From positions 1 to 16,953 of the forward strand of contig JBGAGQ010000096.1 in the NCBI GenBank assembly GCA_044226625.1: a stretch of 16,953 nt of DNA, read 5' to 3'. Shown piece by piece: positions 1 to 7,840 of this stretch (position 1 is the first letter of the stretch; every line of letters starts with the position of its first letter). A program made the position numbers and the translations under genes. This stretch comes from Thermoanaerobaculia bacterium. GTDB taxonomy: Bacteria > Acidobacteriota > Thermoanaerobaculia > Multivoradales > UBA5704. The notes under the pieces were generated by a model. It searched no databases. It saw only the letters and a list, made by a program, of their open reading frames with translations, and was not told the origin of the DNA.

Positions 1-456
1 GACAGCTGTACGCCGGCTCCCGTGATCACCAGCTTGCCCTACTCCGACTCCGGCACCACCTGCGGCTTCACCAACGACATCACGAACTACGGGGGGACCT
101 GCGGTACCGCGCTGCCTTTCCCCTACGGCGGCGAAGACGTGATTTACGCGTTCTCGACCACCGCCGGAAACAATGTGACGATCTCGGCCAGCCTCACCGG
201 TTCGACCGGCGATCTGGCGCTCTTCGTGATCGACACGACCTGCGGAGTGGCCGCGAACTGCAACCACCAGTCGCAGGACGCGATCGGCGTCGGTGCGGGT
301 CCCGAGAACGTCGCCGCGGCGTCCTACTCGGTCGGCAACCACTACATCTATGTCGACTCCTATTACGCGGCGGGCGTGACGGGAAGCTGCGGGACCTACA
401 CGCTGAACGTGTCGGGTTCCCTCCCGGTGGAGCTCGACCACTTCTCGATCGATTGA
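1..456 (+). CDS. Partial (5'-truncated) extracellular protein: Cys-containing PPC/pre-peptidase-C-terminal-like beta-sandwich ending in LPVELDHFSID
   Basis: Frame 1 is open from base 1 (DSCTPAPVITSLPYSDSGTTCGFTND...) to TGA at 454-456. Motifs 'GEDVIYAF', 'GDLALFV', 'HYIYVDSY' and 'GTYTLNV' resemble PPC-type domains. Composition is rich in Thr/Gly/Ser/Cys, as in secreted proteins. Confidence 0.8.
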   Translation, partial: DSCTPAPVITSLPYSDSGTTCGFTNDITNYGGTCGTALPFPYGGEDVIYAFSTTAGNNVTISASLTGSTGDLALFVIDTTCGVAANCNHQSQDAIGVGAGPENVAAASYSVGNHYIYVDSYYAAGVTGSCGTYTLNVSGSLPVELDHFSID

Positions 457-1955
457 TCCGGCGGCTGTCGGATCGATCGAACGGCGTCAGGGGGGCGGTC
501 GCGCCCATCCTGTTCGCCCTGTTCGCGACGGGGCCGCTCCTGGCTGGGGCGGCCCTTGGCGCGTCTGGGCCTTCGCTCGCCTTCGAGCAGCCGCGCGCGA
601 CCTTCGAGCCGGTGTACCAGCGCGCGGTCGTAGAGCAGGTCTTTCCGTTCACGAACCTGGGATCCCAACCCGTTTCGATCCTCGCCGTTCGCCCCCGGTC
701 GGAGGGCGGGACGGGCGAGGCCGTGCCGCGCCAGGTGCCCCCTGGAGGGAAGGGTGAGATCCGGGTGCGCCAGCCGGTCGGCGACCGGCTCGGTCTGAGC
801 GCGTTCCGCATCGCGATCGACACCGACGATCCCGGCGCGCCCCTCCTACGCCTCGGCCTCTCGGGGTTCGTCGAATCGGCCTACGAGCCGCAGGCCCCCC
901 GTCTCGACTTCGGTACCCTCTTCACGGAGGCCGGCGGCGAGCGCTCGATCGAGCTCGCCAGCCGAGAGGTCGAACGCCTGGAGGTGCGGTCGATCGCCGG
1001 AGCTCCCGGGTTTCTCGACGTACGGGTGGCCGGACGAAGCGGAGAGGTGGGGGAGGGCGTGCGGATTGTCGCGCGCGTCGCGACCGGCGCGCCGATCGGC
1101 ATTCACAATGGGACGCTCGTGGTCTCGACCAACGTACCGAATCAGCCGGAGGTGGCGGTGCCGTGGTCGGCCACCGTCTACGGGGATGTCGTGCCCGATC
1201 GGAATCCGGTCTCCTTCGACCTCGTCCGTCTCGGCCAGAGCTATGAGGCGTCGGTCGTCCTTCGAAGCCGAAGCGGCAAACCGGTGGCGGTCGATGGCAT
1301 CGCAGATCCGGACGGGCGGGTCGCCGGAACCGTCGGACCCTGCCCGGGCCCGGACGCTGGAGACTCCTGTCGGCAGCTTCGCCTGAGCGGCCTCGTGCTC
1401 GCGACCGGAGCTTTCGGCGGTACGCTCGCCGTACGGATCCGTGGCCAGGAGGCGCCGCTGCCGATCCGCTACGCGGGGCTCGCCATCTCGTCCACGGCGA
1501 AGGTGAAGACGCTCGGCTTCACCCAAGGGGAAGACGATTCGGAAGAGGTCACCGCGCCCCGACTGCCGTTCGATCCGGTGCGATCTCCGGCCGAGGCGCC
1601 CCCGTCGCGCGACGCTCCGACCGAGGAGACGCGTCCGGTGTCGACGCTCCACTGGCAGGCCTCGAAAGAGGAGGGCATCTTCGGCTACCGGGTGCTGCGC
1701 TCCACTTCGCGGCTCGGCCCGTTCGTCCGGGTCGACTCGAGCCTGATTCGCGTTCCCGCGGAGCGGAACGAGAAAAATACCTATGCATTTAAGGATTTCG
1801 GCGTGGTGCCGGGGGCGACTTACTATTACTATCTCGACCTCGTGACCACGAGCGGCGAAGTGCGCCGCTTTTCCGGGGTTCTGTCGAAGACGGTGTCGTC
1901 CGCGCCAGTGTCCCCGCGGACGACCGATGCCCCGAGCCCTCCCCCCAACGACTGA
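453..1955 (+). CDS. Exported DUF1573 (PapD-like Ig) domain protein with further Ig-like domains, a Pro-rich linker and a C-terminal FnIII/Ig-like domain
   Basis: The TTG start overlaps the upstream TGA. There is a signal-peptide-like N-terminus (IRRLSDR..VAPILFALFATGPLLAGAALGA). 'FPFTNLGSQPVSI...VPPGGKGEIRV...IDTDDP' resembles DUF1573, although the usual CGC is absent. The C-terminal 'LHWQASKEEGIFGYRVLRS...YAFKDFGVVPGATYYYYLDLVTTSG' (about 1632-1895) is FnIII-like. Confidence 0.8.
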   Translation: MIRRLSDRSNGVRGAVAPILFALFATGPLLAGAALGASGPSLAFEQPRATFEPVYQRAVVEQVFPFTNLGSQPVSILAVRPRSEGGTGEAVPRQVPPGGKGEIRVRQPVGDRLGLSAFRIAIDTDDPGAPLLRLGLSGFVESAYEPQAPRLDFGTLFTEAGGERSIELASREVERLEVRSIAGAPGFLDVRVAGRSGEVGEGVRIVARVATGAPIGIHNGTLVVSTNVPNQPEVAVPWSATVYGDVVPDRNPVSFDLVRLGQSYEASVVLRSRSGKPVAVDGIADPDGRVAGTVGPCPGPDAGDSCRQLRLSGLVLATGAFGGTLAVRIRGQEAPLPIRYAGLAISSTAKVKTLGFTQGEDDSEEVTAPRLPFDPVRSPAEAPPSRDAPTEETRPVSTLHWQASKEEGIFGYRVLRSTSRLGPFVRVDSSLIRVPAERNEKNTYAFKDFGVVPGATYYYYLDLVTTSGEVRRFSGVLSKTVSSAPVSPRTTDAPSPPPND

Positions 1956-3915
1956 TCCGAAAGCCCGCGTCGGCGGTGGAGGGATCCTCGTCCTGCTCGC
2001 GCTGGGCTTCTGCCTTGCGGCGCCGCTCCTGCGTGCGTCGCTCAGGGTCGCGACCGCTCCGCCTCCCCGGCCGGCACGCGCTCCGGTCGCCGCAGGCCCG
2101 GCGAAACCCGACCCGCGTCCGAATCTCCTGTTGATCACGGTCGACACGCTGCGTCCCGACGCGTTGGGATGGGTCGCGGGCAAGAACGAAACGCCGGCGA
2201 TCGATGCGCTCGCGGCCGAAGGGGCGCGGTTTGCCGTTGCCGTCTCCCCGGTGCCGCTCACGCTGCCGGCGCACGCCTCGATCCTCACCGGCCTGCTGCC
2301 GCGTCGGCACGGGATCCACGACAACGGCCAGCCCCTCCCCGCGGGCGTCGAGACGCTCGCGCAGCGGCTCCAGCGGAACGGTTACCTCACGGCGGCGTTC
2401 GTGTCCGGTTTCCCGCTCGAGTCGACGTTCGGCCTCGACCGCGGTTTTTCCCGCTACGACGACCGGCTGCCCGAGGGGAGCGAGGGGTGGACCGAGCGCC
2501 GGGCCTTCGACACCACCACGGCGGCGCTCGGCTGGATCGCCAAGGCGAAGACTCCCTGGTTCGTCTGGGTCCACTACTACGATGCTCACGATCCCTACGA
2601 GCCCCCGCGAAGCTTCTGGCGGCCAGGGCCGAGAGGGGCCTACGACGGCGAGGTGGCTTACGTCGACGCCTGGATCGGCCGCCTGCGCGAGGGCATTCCG
2701 GCGGGTTCAGCGAAAAACCTGCTCACCCTCTTCACCGCCGACCACGGCGAGGCGCTGGGCGAGCACCGCGAGAAGACGCACGGCTATTTCCTCTACGACT
2801 CGACCGTCGTCGTGCCCCTGGTGATCCATTTCCCCGGGCGGGTAAAGTCCCAGGACAGCCGGGAGGCCGCCCGGCTGATCGACCTCGCGCCGACCGCCCT
2901 CGATCTGCTCGGCCAAGAGCGCGCGCGCGGAATCGACGGCCTCAGCCTCCGCCCTCTCCTCGAAGGCAAGCCCCAGAGCGTGCCCGCGGCCTATCTCGAA
3001 ACCCGCCTGCCCTGGGTCTATTTCGGCTGGTCGCCCCTGTCCGCCCTGCGCGAGAACGGCTGGAAGCTGATCGCGGCGCCCCGGCCGGAGCTCTACGACC
3101 TCAAGGCCGACGCCGGCGAGGGGACCAACCGCATCGATGCGGCACGGCCCGTCGCGCGCCGCCTCGCGACGGCGCTGCGAGAGATCGAGGCGCGCCCCGA
3201 GCGGGCCGCCGCGGCGAACGACGAGCCCGAGACGGTCGCGAAGCTGCGTTCTCTCGGCTACCTAGGAGCTGGAGGGTCCGCGGAGCGGCCCCCGGCGGGG
3301 CTCGCCGATCCCAAGGATCGGATCGAGCTTCGCGACCGCCTGGCCGAGGGGGAGGAAGCGCTGCGGGAGGGGCGCGTCGCCGCCGCGCTCTCGGCATTCG
3401 ACGCGGTGCTCGCGGCCGAGCCGACGAATCGCTTCGCGAGCCTGCGCTCGGGCACCGCGCTGCTCAAGGCCGGGCGGATCGCTGAGGCGGCTGAGCGGCT
3501 GGGCCGGGCGGTCGAGCTCGATCCCGAGCGCGCCGAGGCCCGGTTCGCTCTGGGGGACGCCCTGATGCGCCTCGGCCGCTATCGCGAGGCGGTGCCGCAG
3601 TGGATGGAGCTCGCCAAGCGGCAGCCGCGCCGCGCCGACGCCTGGTCGAACCTCGGCCTCGCGCTCGGTAAGGCCGGCCGCGCCGCCGACCTCGACCGGG
3701 CGGTCGGCGCGCTCGCCGAGGCGGCACGCCTCGAACCGGGCGACCCGCGGCGCAAGAGCGATCTGGCCGACGCCCATCTCGCGCTCGCCCGCCGCGCGCT
3801 CGAGGAAGGAAATCCGAAAGGGGCCGAGCGCGCTCTGCGCAAGGCGGTCGAGATCGACCCCGGAATTCGAGCCCGGGCCGCGGCGGACCCCAAGCTCTTG
3901 CCTCTATTGAAATAG
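1927..3915 (+). CDS. Sulfatase-like hydrolase/transferase (alkaline phosphatase superfamily) with N-terminal signal/anchor and C-terminal TPR repeats
   Basis: Motifs PNLLLITVDTLRPD, PLTLPAHASILTG, WVHYYDAHDPY, TADHGE, THGYFLY and ELYDL..D.GE..N. TPR-like helices follow from about 3330 (AEARFALGDALMRLGRYREA; ADAWSNLGLALGKAGR). The start codon is uncertain because of a 29-nt overlap with the upstream gene. Confidence 0.9.
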   Translation: MPRALPPTTDPKARVGGGGILVLLALGFCLAAPLLRASLRVATAPPPRPARAPVAAGPAKPDPRPNLLLITVDTLRPDALGWVAGKNETPAIDALAAEGARFAVAVSPVPLTLPAHASILTGLLPRRHGIHDNGQPLPAGVETLAQRLQRNGYLTAAFVSGFPLESTFGLDRGFSRYDDRLPEGSEGWTERRAFDTTTAALGWIAKAKTPWFVWVHYYDAHDPYEPPRSFWRPGPRGAYDGEVAYVDAWIGRLREGIPAGSAKNLLTLFTADHGEALGEHREKTHGYFLYDSTVVVPLVIHFPGRVKSQDSREAARLIDLAPTALDLLGQERARGIDGLSLRPLLEGKPQSVPAAYLETRLPWVYFGWSPLSALRENGWKLIAAPRPELYDLKADAGEGTNRIDAARPVARRLATALREIEARPERAAAANDEPETVAKLRSLGYLGAGGSAERPPAGLADPKDRIELRDRLAEGEEALREGRVAAALSAFDAVLAAEPTNRFASLRSGTALLKAGRIAEAAERLGRAVELDPERAEARFALGDALMRLGRYREAVPQWMELAKRQPRRADAWSNLGLALGKAGRAADLDRAVGALAEAARLEPGDPRRKSDLADAHLALARRALEEGNPKGAERALRKAVEIDPGIRARAAADPKLLPLLK

Positions 3916-3944
3916 CCGGCGAGCCGGCCGCGCCGCGCGGAGCC

Positions 3945-5531
3945 TCACTTCGCCACCGCGTGCTCCATGGCGCGCTCGGCGAGCGCGGCGATGGTGCGGG
4001 TCGGGTTCCTTCCGATCGCCTCGGGGAGGATCGCTCCGTCGACCACGAAAAGGCGCTCGTGCCCGAAGACGCGGCCGAGGTGGTCGACCACACCGTCCGC
4101 GGCGCTCCGCCCCATGTTGCAGCCGCCGAGCGGGTGGGGCGTCACGAGCATCCGGAGGAGCGTCCAGGTGGGGGGCACCCAGGGATCTCCGCCGGTGGCC
4201 GCGGAGAGCCGCTTGTGCATCGCGATGATCGCCTCGACCACCGCCTCGGATTTGTCGATCTCCCAATCGAGCTTCAACGTCCGCTTCCAGGGAGCCCACC
4301 ACTTGCGGCCAAGGCGGAGGCGCCCATCGGCGGCGTCGATCCCTTGAGCGAACCAGGGCATGACGTTGCCGAATCCCGGCTTTCCCTCGAGACGCTTCTC
4401 GAGCGAGCCGAGGAGTTTCTTCCACCGTGTGTCCCGGCTCCCTTGGACGATCGCCTCCTCGAGGTAGCCGAGCAGCAGATCGGGGAAGCCGCCGTCTTCG
4501 ATGAAGAACCTCTGCCCCCCTTGCGAGCCGTCGAGGAAGTCGATCGCCGACGAGATCGTCGGCCCCTGGGTCGGGTTGATCACGCGGTCTTTCGGGTAGA
4601 AGGCCGGGGTCAGGAAATCTCCGTTCGACGACCAGCCGACGCCGAGGCGCGGGCTCAGGTTCGAGAGGGTTCGGTATTGATCGCGGCAGCGGAGCAGCAG
4701 CTCGGTCGAGCCGAGCGAGCCGGCGGCGACGACCACTTTGGCCGCGGTCTCGCTGCCGGGGATGAGCCGGCCGTTCTCGATACGGTCGAAATTCACCTTC
4801 CAGGCGGTGCCCCGCGGCTCGATCGATCGGACCAAATGGAGCGGCCGGACCTCGGCCCCCTTCTTCTCGGCCCAGGCGAGATAGTTCAGGTCGAGCGTGT
4901 TCTTCGCCTTGACGGGGCAGCCGAGGTCGCAGAATCCCAGATGGACGCAGGTCCCCTGTTCCACGCCCTGGGCGTTGACGAAGGTCTCGGAATGCCCGTG
5001 GTCGAACGGGTTCGGCAGGTCGTAGCTCCACTTCTCCGAGAACGACACGGCGAGGTCGAGCGGTTGGAAACGGTGCCCTTCGCCGATCTTCTCCGCCCCC
5101 TCCTTCATCATGGCGAAGCGCCGCGTCACCTGGTTGGCCGGGATGGGCCGCACGGCCATGAATTTCGCGACGCGGTCGTAATAGGGCTTGAGCTCGGCAT
5201 AGGTGATCTCGGGGGGCCAGCCGTTCTCGAACAGATCGGGTCGCGCTTCGACCGAGATGTTGGCGTAGATCAGCGAGCCGCCCCCTACACCGGCACCCTG
5301 GGCGACCACCATGTCGCCGAAGAAGCGGAGGTCGATCCAACCGTTCTCGCGTTCGGGGTGGTCCGGATCGTAGCTCCAGGCGTCGCCGGGCTTTCGTGGA
5401 TAATCGTCGACCGCCCAGCGGCGTCCGCGCTCGAGCACCAGCACCCGGTGCCCCGCCTCGGCGAGCCGGCAGGCGGCGATCGAGCCGCCGAACCCGCTGC
5501 CGATGATGATCGCGTCGTAGCTCTGTGCCAT
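3945..5531 (-). CDS. GMC family FAD oxidoreductase, cholesterol oxidase-like, cytoplasmic
   Basis: Rossmann motif YDAIIIGSGFGGS..VLERG, plus GAGVGGGSLIYAN, VVVAAGSLGSTELL, IEDGG, HPLGGCNMG and VVDGA..P.AIGRNPTRTIAALAER. GGGAG RBS upstream. No signal peptide. Confidence 0.93.
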   Translation of the reverse strand: MAQSYDAIIIGSGFGGSIAACRLAEAGHRVLVLERGRRWAVDDYPRKPGDAWSYDPDHPERENGWIDLRFFGDMVVAQGAGVGGGSLIYANISVEARPDLFENGWPPEITYAELKPYYDRVAKFMAVRPIPANQVTRRFAMMKEGAEKIGEGHRFQPLDLAVSFSEKWSYDLPNPFDHGHSETFVNAQGVEQGTCVHLGFCDLGCPVKAKNTLDLNYLAWAEKKGAEVRPLHLVRSIEPRGTAWKVNFDRIENGRLIPGSETAAKVVVAAGSLGSTELLLRCRDQYRTLSNLSPRLGVGWSSNGDFLTPAFYPKDRVINPTQGPTISSAIDFLDGSQGGQRFFIEDGGFPDLLLGYLEEAIVQGSRDTRWKKLLGSLEKRLEGKPGFGNVMPWFAQGIDAADGRLRLGRKWWAPWKRTLKLDWEIDKSEAVVEAIIAMHKRLSAATGGDPWVPPTWTLLRMLVTPHPLGGCNMGRSAADGVVDHLGRVFGHERLFVVDGAILPEAIGRNPTRTIAALAERAMEHAVAK

Positions 5532-5560
5532 GGGACGTCTCCCTGTCTACCGAATCGGGC

Positions 5561-6004
5561 TCAGGCCGCGGCCGCTCCGGTCCGCCGCCTCGCCTGGACG
5601 TAGGCGAGGATCAGGAGGCCGAAGACCACCTCGGAAAAGGTGAACGAGATCAACCGCGCGGGCGGCGCGCCGTCGAGCCCAGCGGAGGCGAGCCGACCGG
5701 CGACGCCCAAGAACAGAGTCGCCAGGAAGATCCACGACGGCGTCCCGCCGAAGAGGATCTCGCGCCGAAAGGCGACGCAGAAGATCCCGAAGCCGAGCAC
5801 CAGCCCCTTCATGAAGCGGTATTGGTGGAGCAGGACGATGTCGTCCGGATGGGCCGCGGGGTCGACCTTCACCTGGTAGAGCGCGTCGAGCTCCTGGACC
5901 GGCGCGAGCAGCCCGGCCGCGCCGAGCGCGAACAGCGCCGCGACGTAGCCGTAAAACGAGATCAGCGCGAGGATCTTGAGCAGCGAGAGAGCTCGTCCGG
6001 ACAT
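5561..6004 (-). CDS. Small integral membrane protein, DUF4345-like (about 4 TM)
   Basis: Four hydrophobic segments. 'HQYRFMKGLVLGFG' and 'FLGVAGRLASAGLDGAP' resemble the DUF4345 pattern (xRFx.G...; GRLxS..xDGxP). Co-oriented with its neighbours. Confidence 0.7.
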   Translation of the reverse strand: MSGRALSLLKILALISFYGYVAALFALGAAGLLAPVQELDALYQVKVDPAAHPDDIVLLHQYRFMKGLVLGFGIFCVAFRREILFGGTPSWIFLATLFLGVAGRLASAGLDGAPPARLISFTFSEVVFGLLILAYVQARRRTGAAAA

Positions 6005-6014
6005 GCCGCGCCCC

Positions 6015-6458
6015 TCATCTCCCCGAGGGTTTCCCGGAGGGTCGGGCGACGTGCGGATAGGTGAGGAAGAATGCGATGACGTACAGGCCGAGGGCGGTCC
6101 AGGTGAGGGAGTAGAAGATCAGCCCCGGCCCCTGCGCCGTGCCTCCCCCTTTGAGCCCGCCGTCGGTCAGGTAGTCGCCCAGGATGTGGCCGCCATGGAT
6201 CGTCACCGCGACCATCACGATGGTGTTCCAGGCCCAGCGGTACCCCTGCTTGAAAGGGATCCAGGTGAGGATCACGATCACCGCGCACAGCGCCAGCGTA
6301 TAGAACAGGCCGGTGATCATGTGGAACCGGGCGTGATTCGTCCCCCAGTCGGCGGTGTGCAGGTGGATCAGACCGCCGCGGGCGTCGACCAGCCCGAAGA
6401 CGGTGGCGAGCACCGTGAGCATCCACATCCCGATCTTCGTTTTCTGGGTCGGTCCCAT
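6015..6458 (-). CDS. Small His-rich integral membrane protein, DUF6640-like (W..xHARFH motif)
   Basis: Strong AAGGAG RBS at 6465-6470. About 4 TM segments, with 'HLHTADWGTNHARFH', 'IPFKQGYRWAW' and 'TIHGGH'. The family name is recalled from the HARFH motif and is unverified. Confidence 0.7.
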   Translation of the reverse strand: MGPTQKTKIGMWMLTVLATVFGLVDARGGLIHLHTADWGTNHARFHMITGLFYTLALCAVIVILTWIPFKQGYRWAWNTIVMVAVTIHGGHILGDYLTDGGLKGGGTAQGPGLIFYSLTWTALGLYVIAFFLTYPHVARPSGKPSGR

Positions 6459-6480
6459 CGTCCTCTCCTTCGCCCGGCCC

Positions 6481-7599
6481 TCAGGCCGCGGTCGCCGAGT
6501 AGCCGCGCCGATGTTTGTCGATGAACTCCACCAGGCGCGGGAAGATGTCCTTGTCGTTGTTCTTCCCCATGAACGGGTCCTGATGGCCGTAGCCGGGGAA
6601 GATCACCAGCTCGTGGCGCCCGGGCACGATCTTTTCGAGCCGCTGGTGGCAGACGACGTTCGAGTCGGTGAACACGCGGTTGTTCGCTCCGGTCATGAAC
6701 AGCACCGGCGTCTCGATCTCCCGTGCGTGCTCGAAGTAGTCGTTCGGGAGCGAGGCGTACTGCCTGTCGCCGGGCCGATATTTGACCGCCGTGTGGTTCG
6801 CTCCGAGCATCTTCGCCACGTGGCGGTAGTAGTTCATGCTGGTCGCGCCGTAGAGGTCGCCGCCGCGCGCGTGGGTGACGTCCGCGAGGTTTGCGTGCTC
6901 GTAGAGCGCGGGCCAACCGGTTCCCCACATCATCGAGAGCATGTGGCAGGCGGGCACGTCGCACTCGCGATGGAAGAACGAAACGATCTTCGAGAAGATC
7001 CAGCCGCGGGTGAGCGCGGGATCCTCGCTCCAGCGCGGATCGAGGTAGGGGAGGCTCAATACGTAGTCGACCAGGAACGGTGCCACGGAGATCTTGATCC
7101 GCGACCAGCCGGGCACGCGGGGGGTGAGCGCCACGCTGTTGGCGATCACGCTCGAGATGCCGGTGACGGCGCGGCCAAACAGCGACATCATGAACGACAC
7201 CGACCCCAGGCAGTGGCAGATCACGTGGATCCGCCGGTCGCCCACGTGGCGACGGATCTCGGCGAGGGCCGCCGGGAAGTCGTAAAGGGCGACGTCGTCC
7301 ATGTTGTACCGGTGGCGCTTCAGGTTGTAGCTATGCCGGTTGCTCATCCGAAAATCGAACGACCAGACGTCGGTGAGGCCATGGTCGAGCAGATAGCTCA
7401 CCAGGTTGTAATGCTCCGGCATGATGAACATGTCGGTGGACGTGGTGAGCCCGTGGATGATCAGGACGACGTCGTCGCATTCCTTCCGGAAGAAGCGGAA
7501 CGCCGAGAGCCCGAGCTGGTCGTCGGTAGTGATGTAGTGCGTGGAGATGTCGGCGTCCTTGACGCCTGCCAAGGTAAAGAGGGGGATTTCGCGCGCCAT
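6481..7599 (-). CDS. Alpha/beta-fold hydrolase of the GMC/cholesterol-oxidase-associated type, with a Cys nucleophile
   Basis: GGAGG RBS at 7607-7611. Motifs VLIIHGLTTS, DVWSFDFRMS, 'DDVALYDFPAAL', nucleophile elbow VICHCLGS, PVLFMTG and C-terminal PGYGHQD. Confidence 0.88.
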   Translation of the reverse strand: MAREIPLFTLAGVKDADISTHYITTDDQLGLSAFRFFRKECDDVVLIIHGLTTSTDMFIMPEHYNLVSYLLDHGLTDVWSFDFRMSNRHSYNLKRHRYNMDDVALYDFPAALAEIRRHVGDRRIHVICHCLGSVSFMMSLFGRAVTGISSVIANSVALTPRVPGWSRIKISVAPFLVDYVLSLPYLDPRWSEDPALTRGWIFSKIVSFFHRECDVPACHMLSMMWGTGWPALYEHANLADVTHARGGDLYGATSMNYYRHVAKMLGANHTAVKYRPGDRQYASLPNDYFEHAREIETPVLFMTGANNRVFTDSNVVCHQRLEKIVPGRHELVIFPGYGHQDPFMGKNNDKDIFPRLVEFIDKHRRGYSATAA

Positions 7600-7840
7600 G
7601 GTCGATCCTCCGAGAAACCGGCACCCCGAAAAGTTCTACCCGCCGAGCTATCTGCCCGATCTGCTCGCCCGATCTGTCTCCCGATGAACCTGCAGAAAAA
7701 GAGCTCGGGCCCCGTGACGCGTTGTATTTTGGCGGAAGCTTAACACGCGCGAAAGCCCCTGTGCTACCCTTTGCGCGATCGCCAAGACACGACGCCGGGC
7801 GCGCCTCGACGACCCTCTCTTTCGAACGAAAGGAGAACCG
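7600..7840. promoter_or_regulatory. Divergent promoter region between the hydrolase/GMC operon (-) and the 7841-14317 genes (+)
   Basis: A 241-nt intergenic gap between head-to-head genes, locally more AT-rich. Candidate extended -10 elements are TGtTAAGCT on the minus strand (7737-7745) and TGcTACCCT on the plus strand (7762-7770). RBSs are GGAGG (-, 7607-7611) and AGGAG (+, 7831-7835). The -35 matches are weak. Confidence 0.5.
7655..7685. repeat. Three short direct repeats CCCGAT(CTG)
   Basis: CCCGATCTG at 7655 and 7668 and CCCGAT at 7680 (spacing 13 and 12 nt), in the intergenic region. Confidence 0.5.

Noticed and set aside
421-456. Type IX secretion (Por) C-terminal signal
   Set aside because: Only the PVEL strand is present. 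No T9SS CTD (..YPNPFN.. / K-rich terminal strand) follows in either gene.
846-3485. ORFs 846-2324 (-), 1789-2589 (-) and 2169-3485 (+)
   Set aside because: They are shadows of the DUF1573 and sulfatase genes.
3916-3944. GC-rich inverted repeats between the convergent sulfatase and GMC genes
   Set aside because: There is no U-tract and the loop is too small, so it cannot be supported as a terminator.
3904-5603. Long alternative ORFs over the GMC gene (3960-5603 +, 3904-5340 -)
   Set aside because: These are antisense or off-frame shadows expected in high-GC DNA. They carry no motifs, whereas the GMC frame has all its family motifs.
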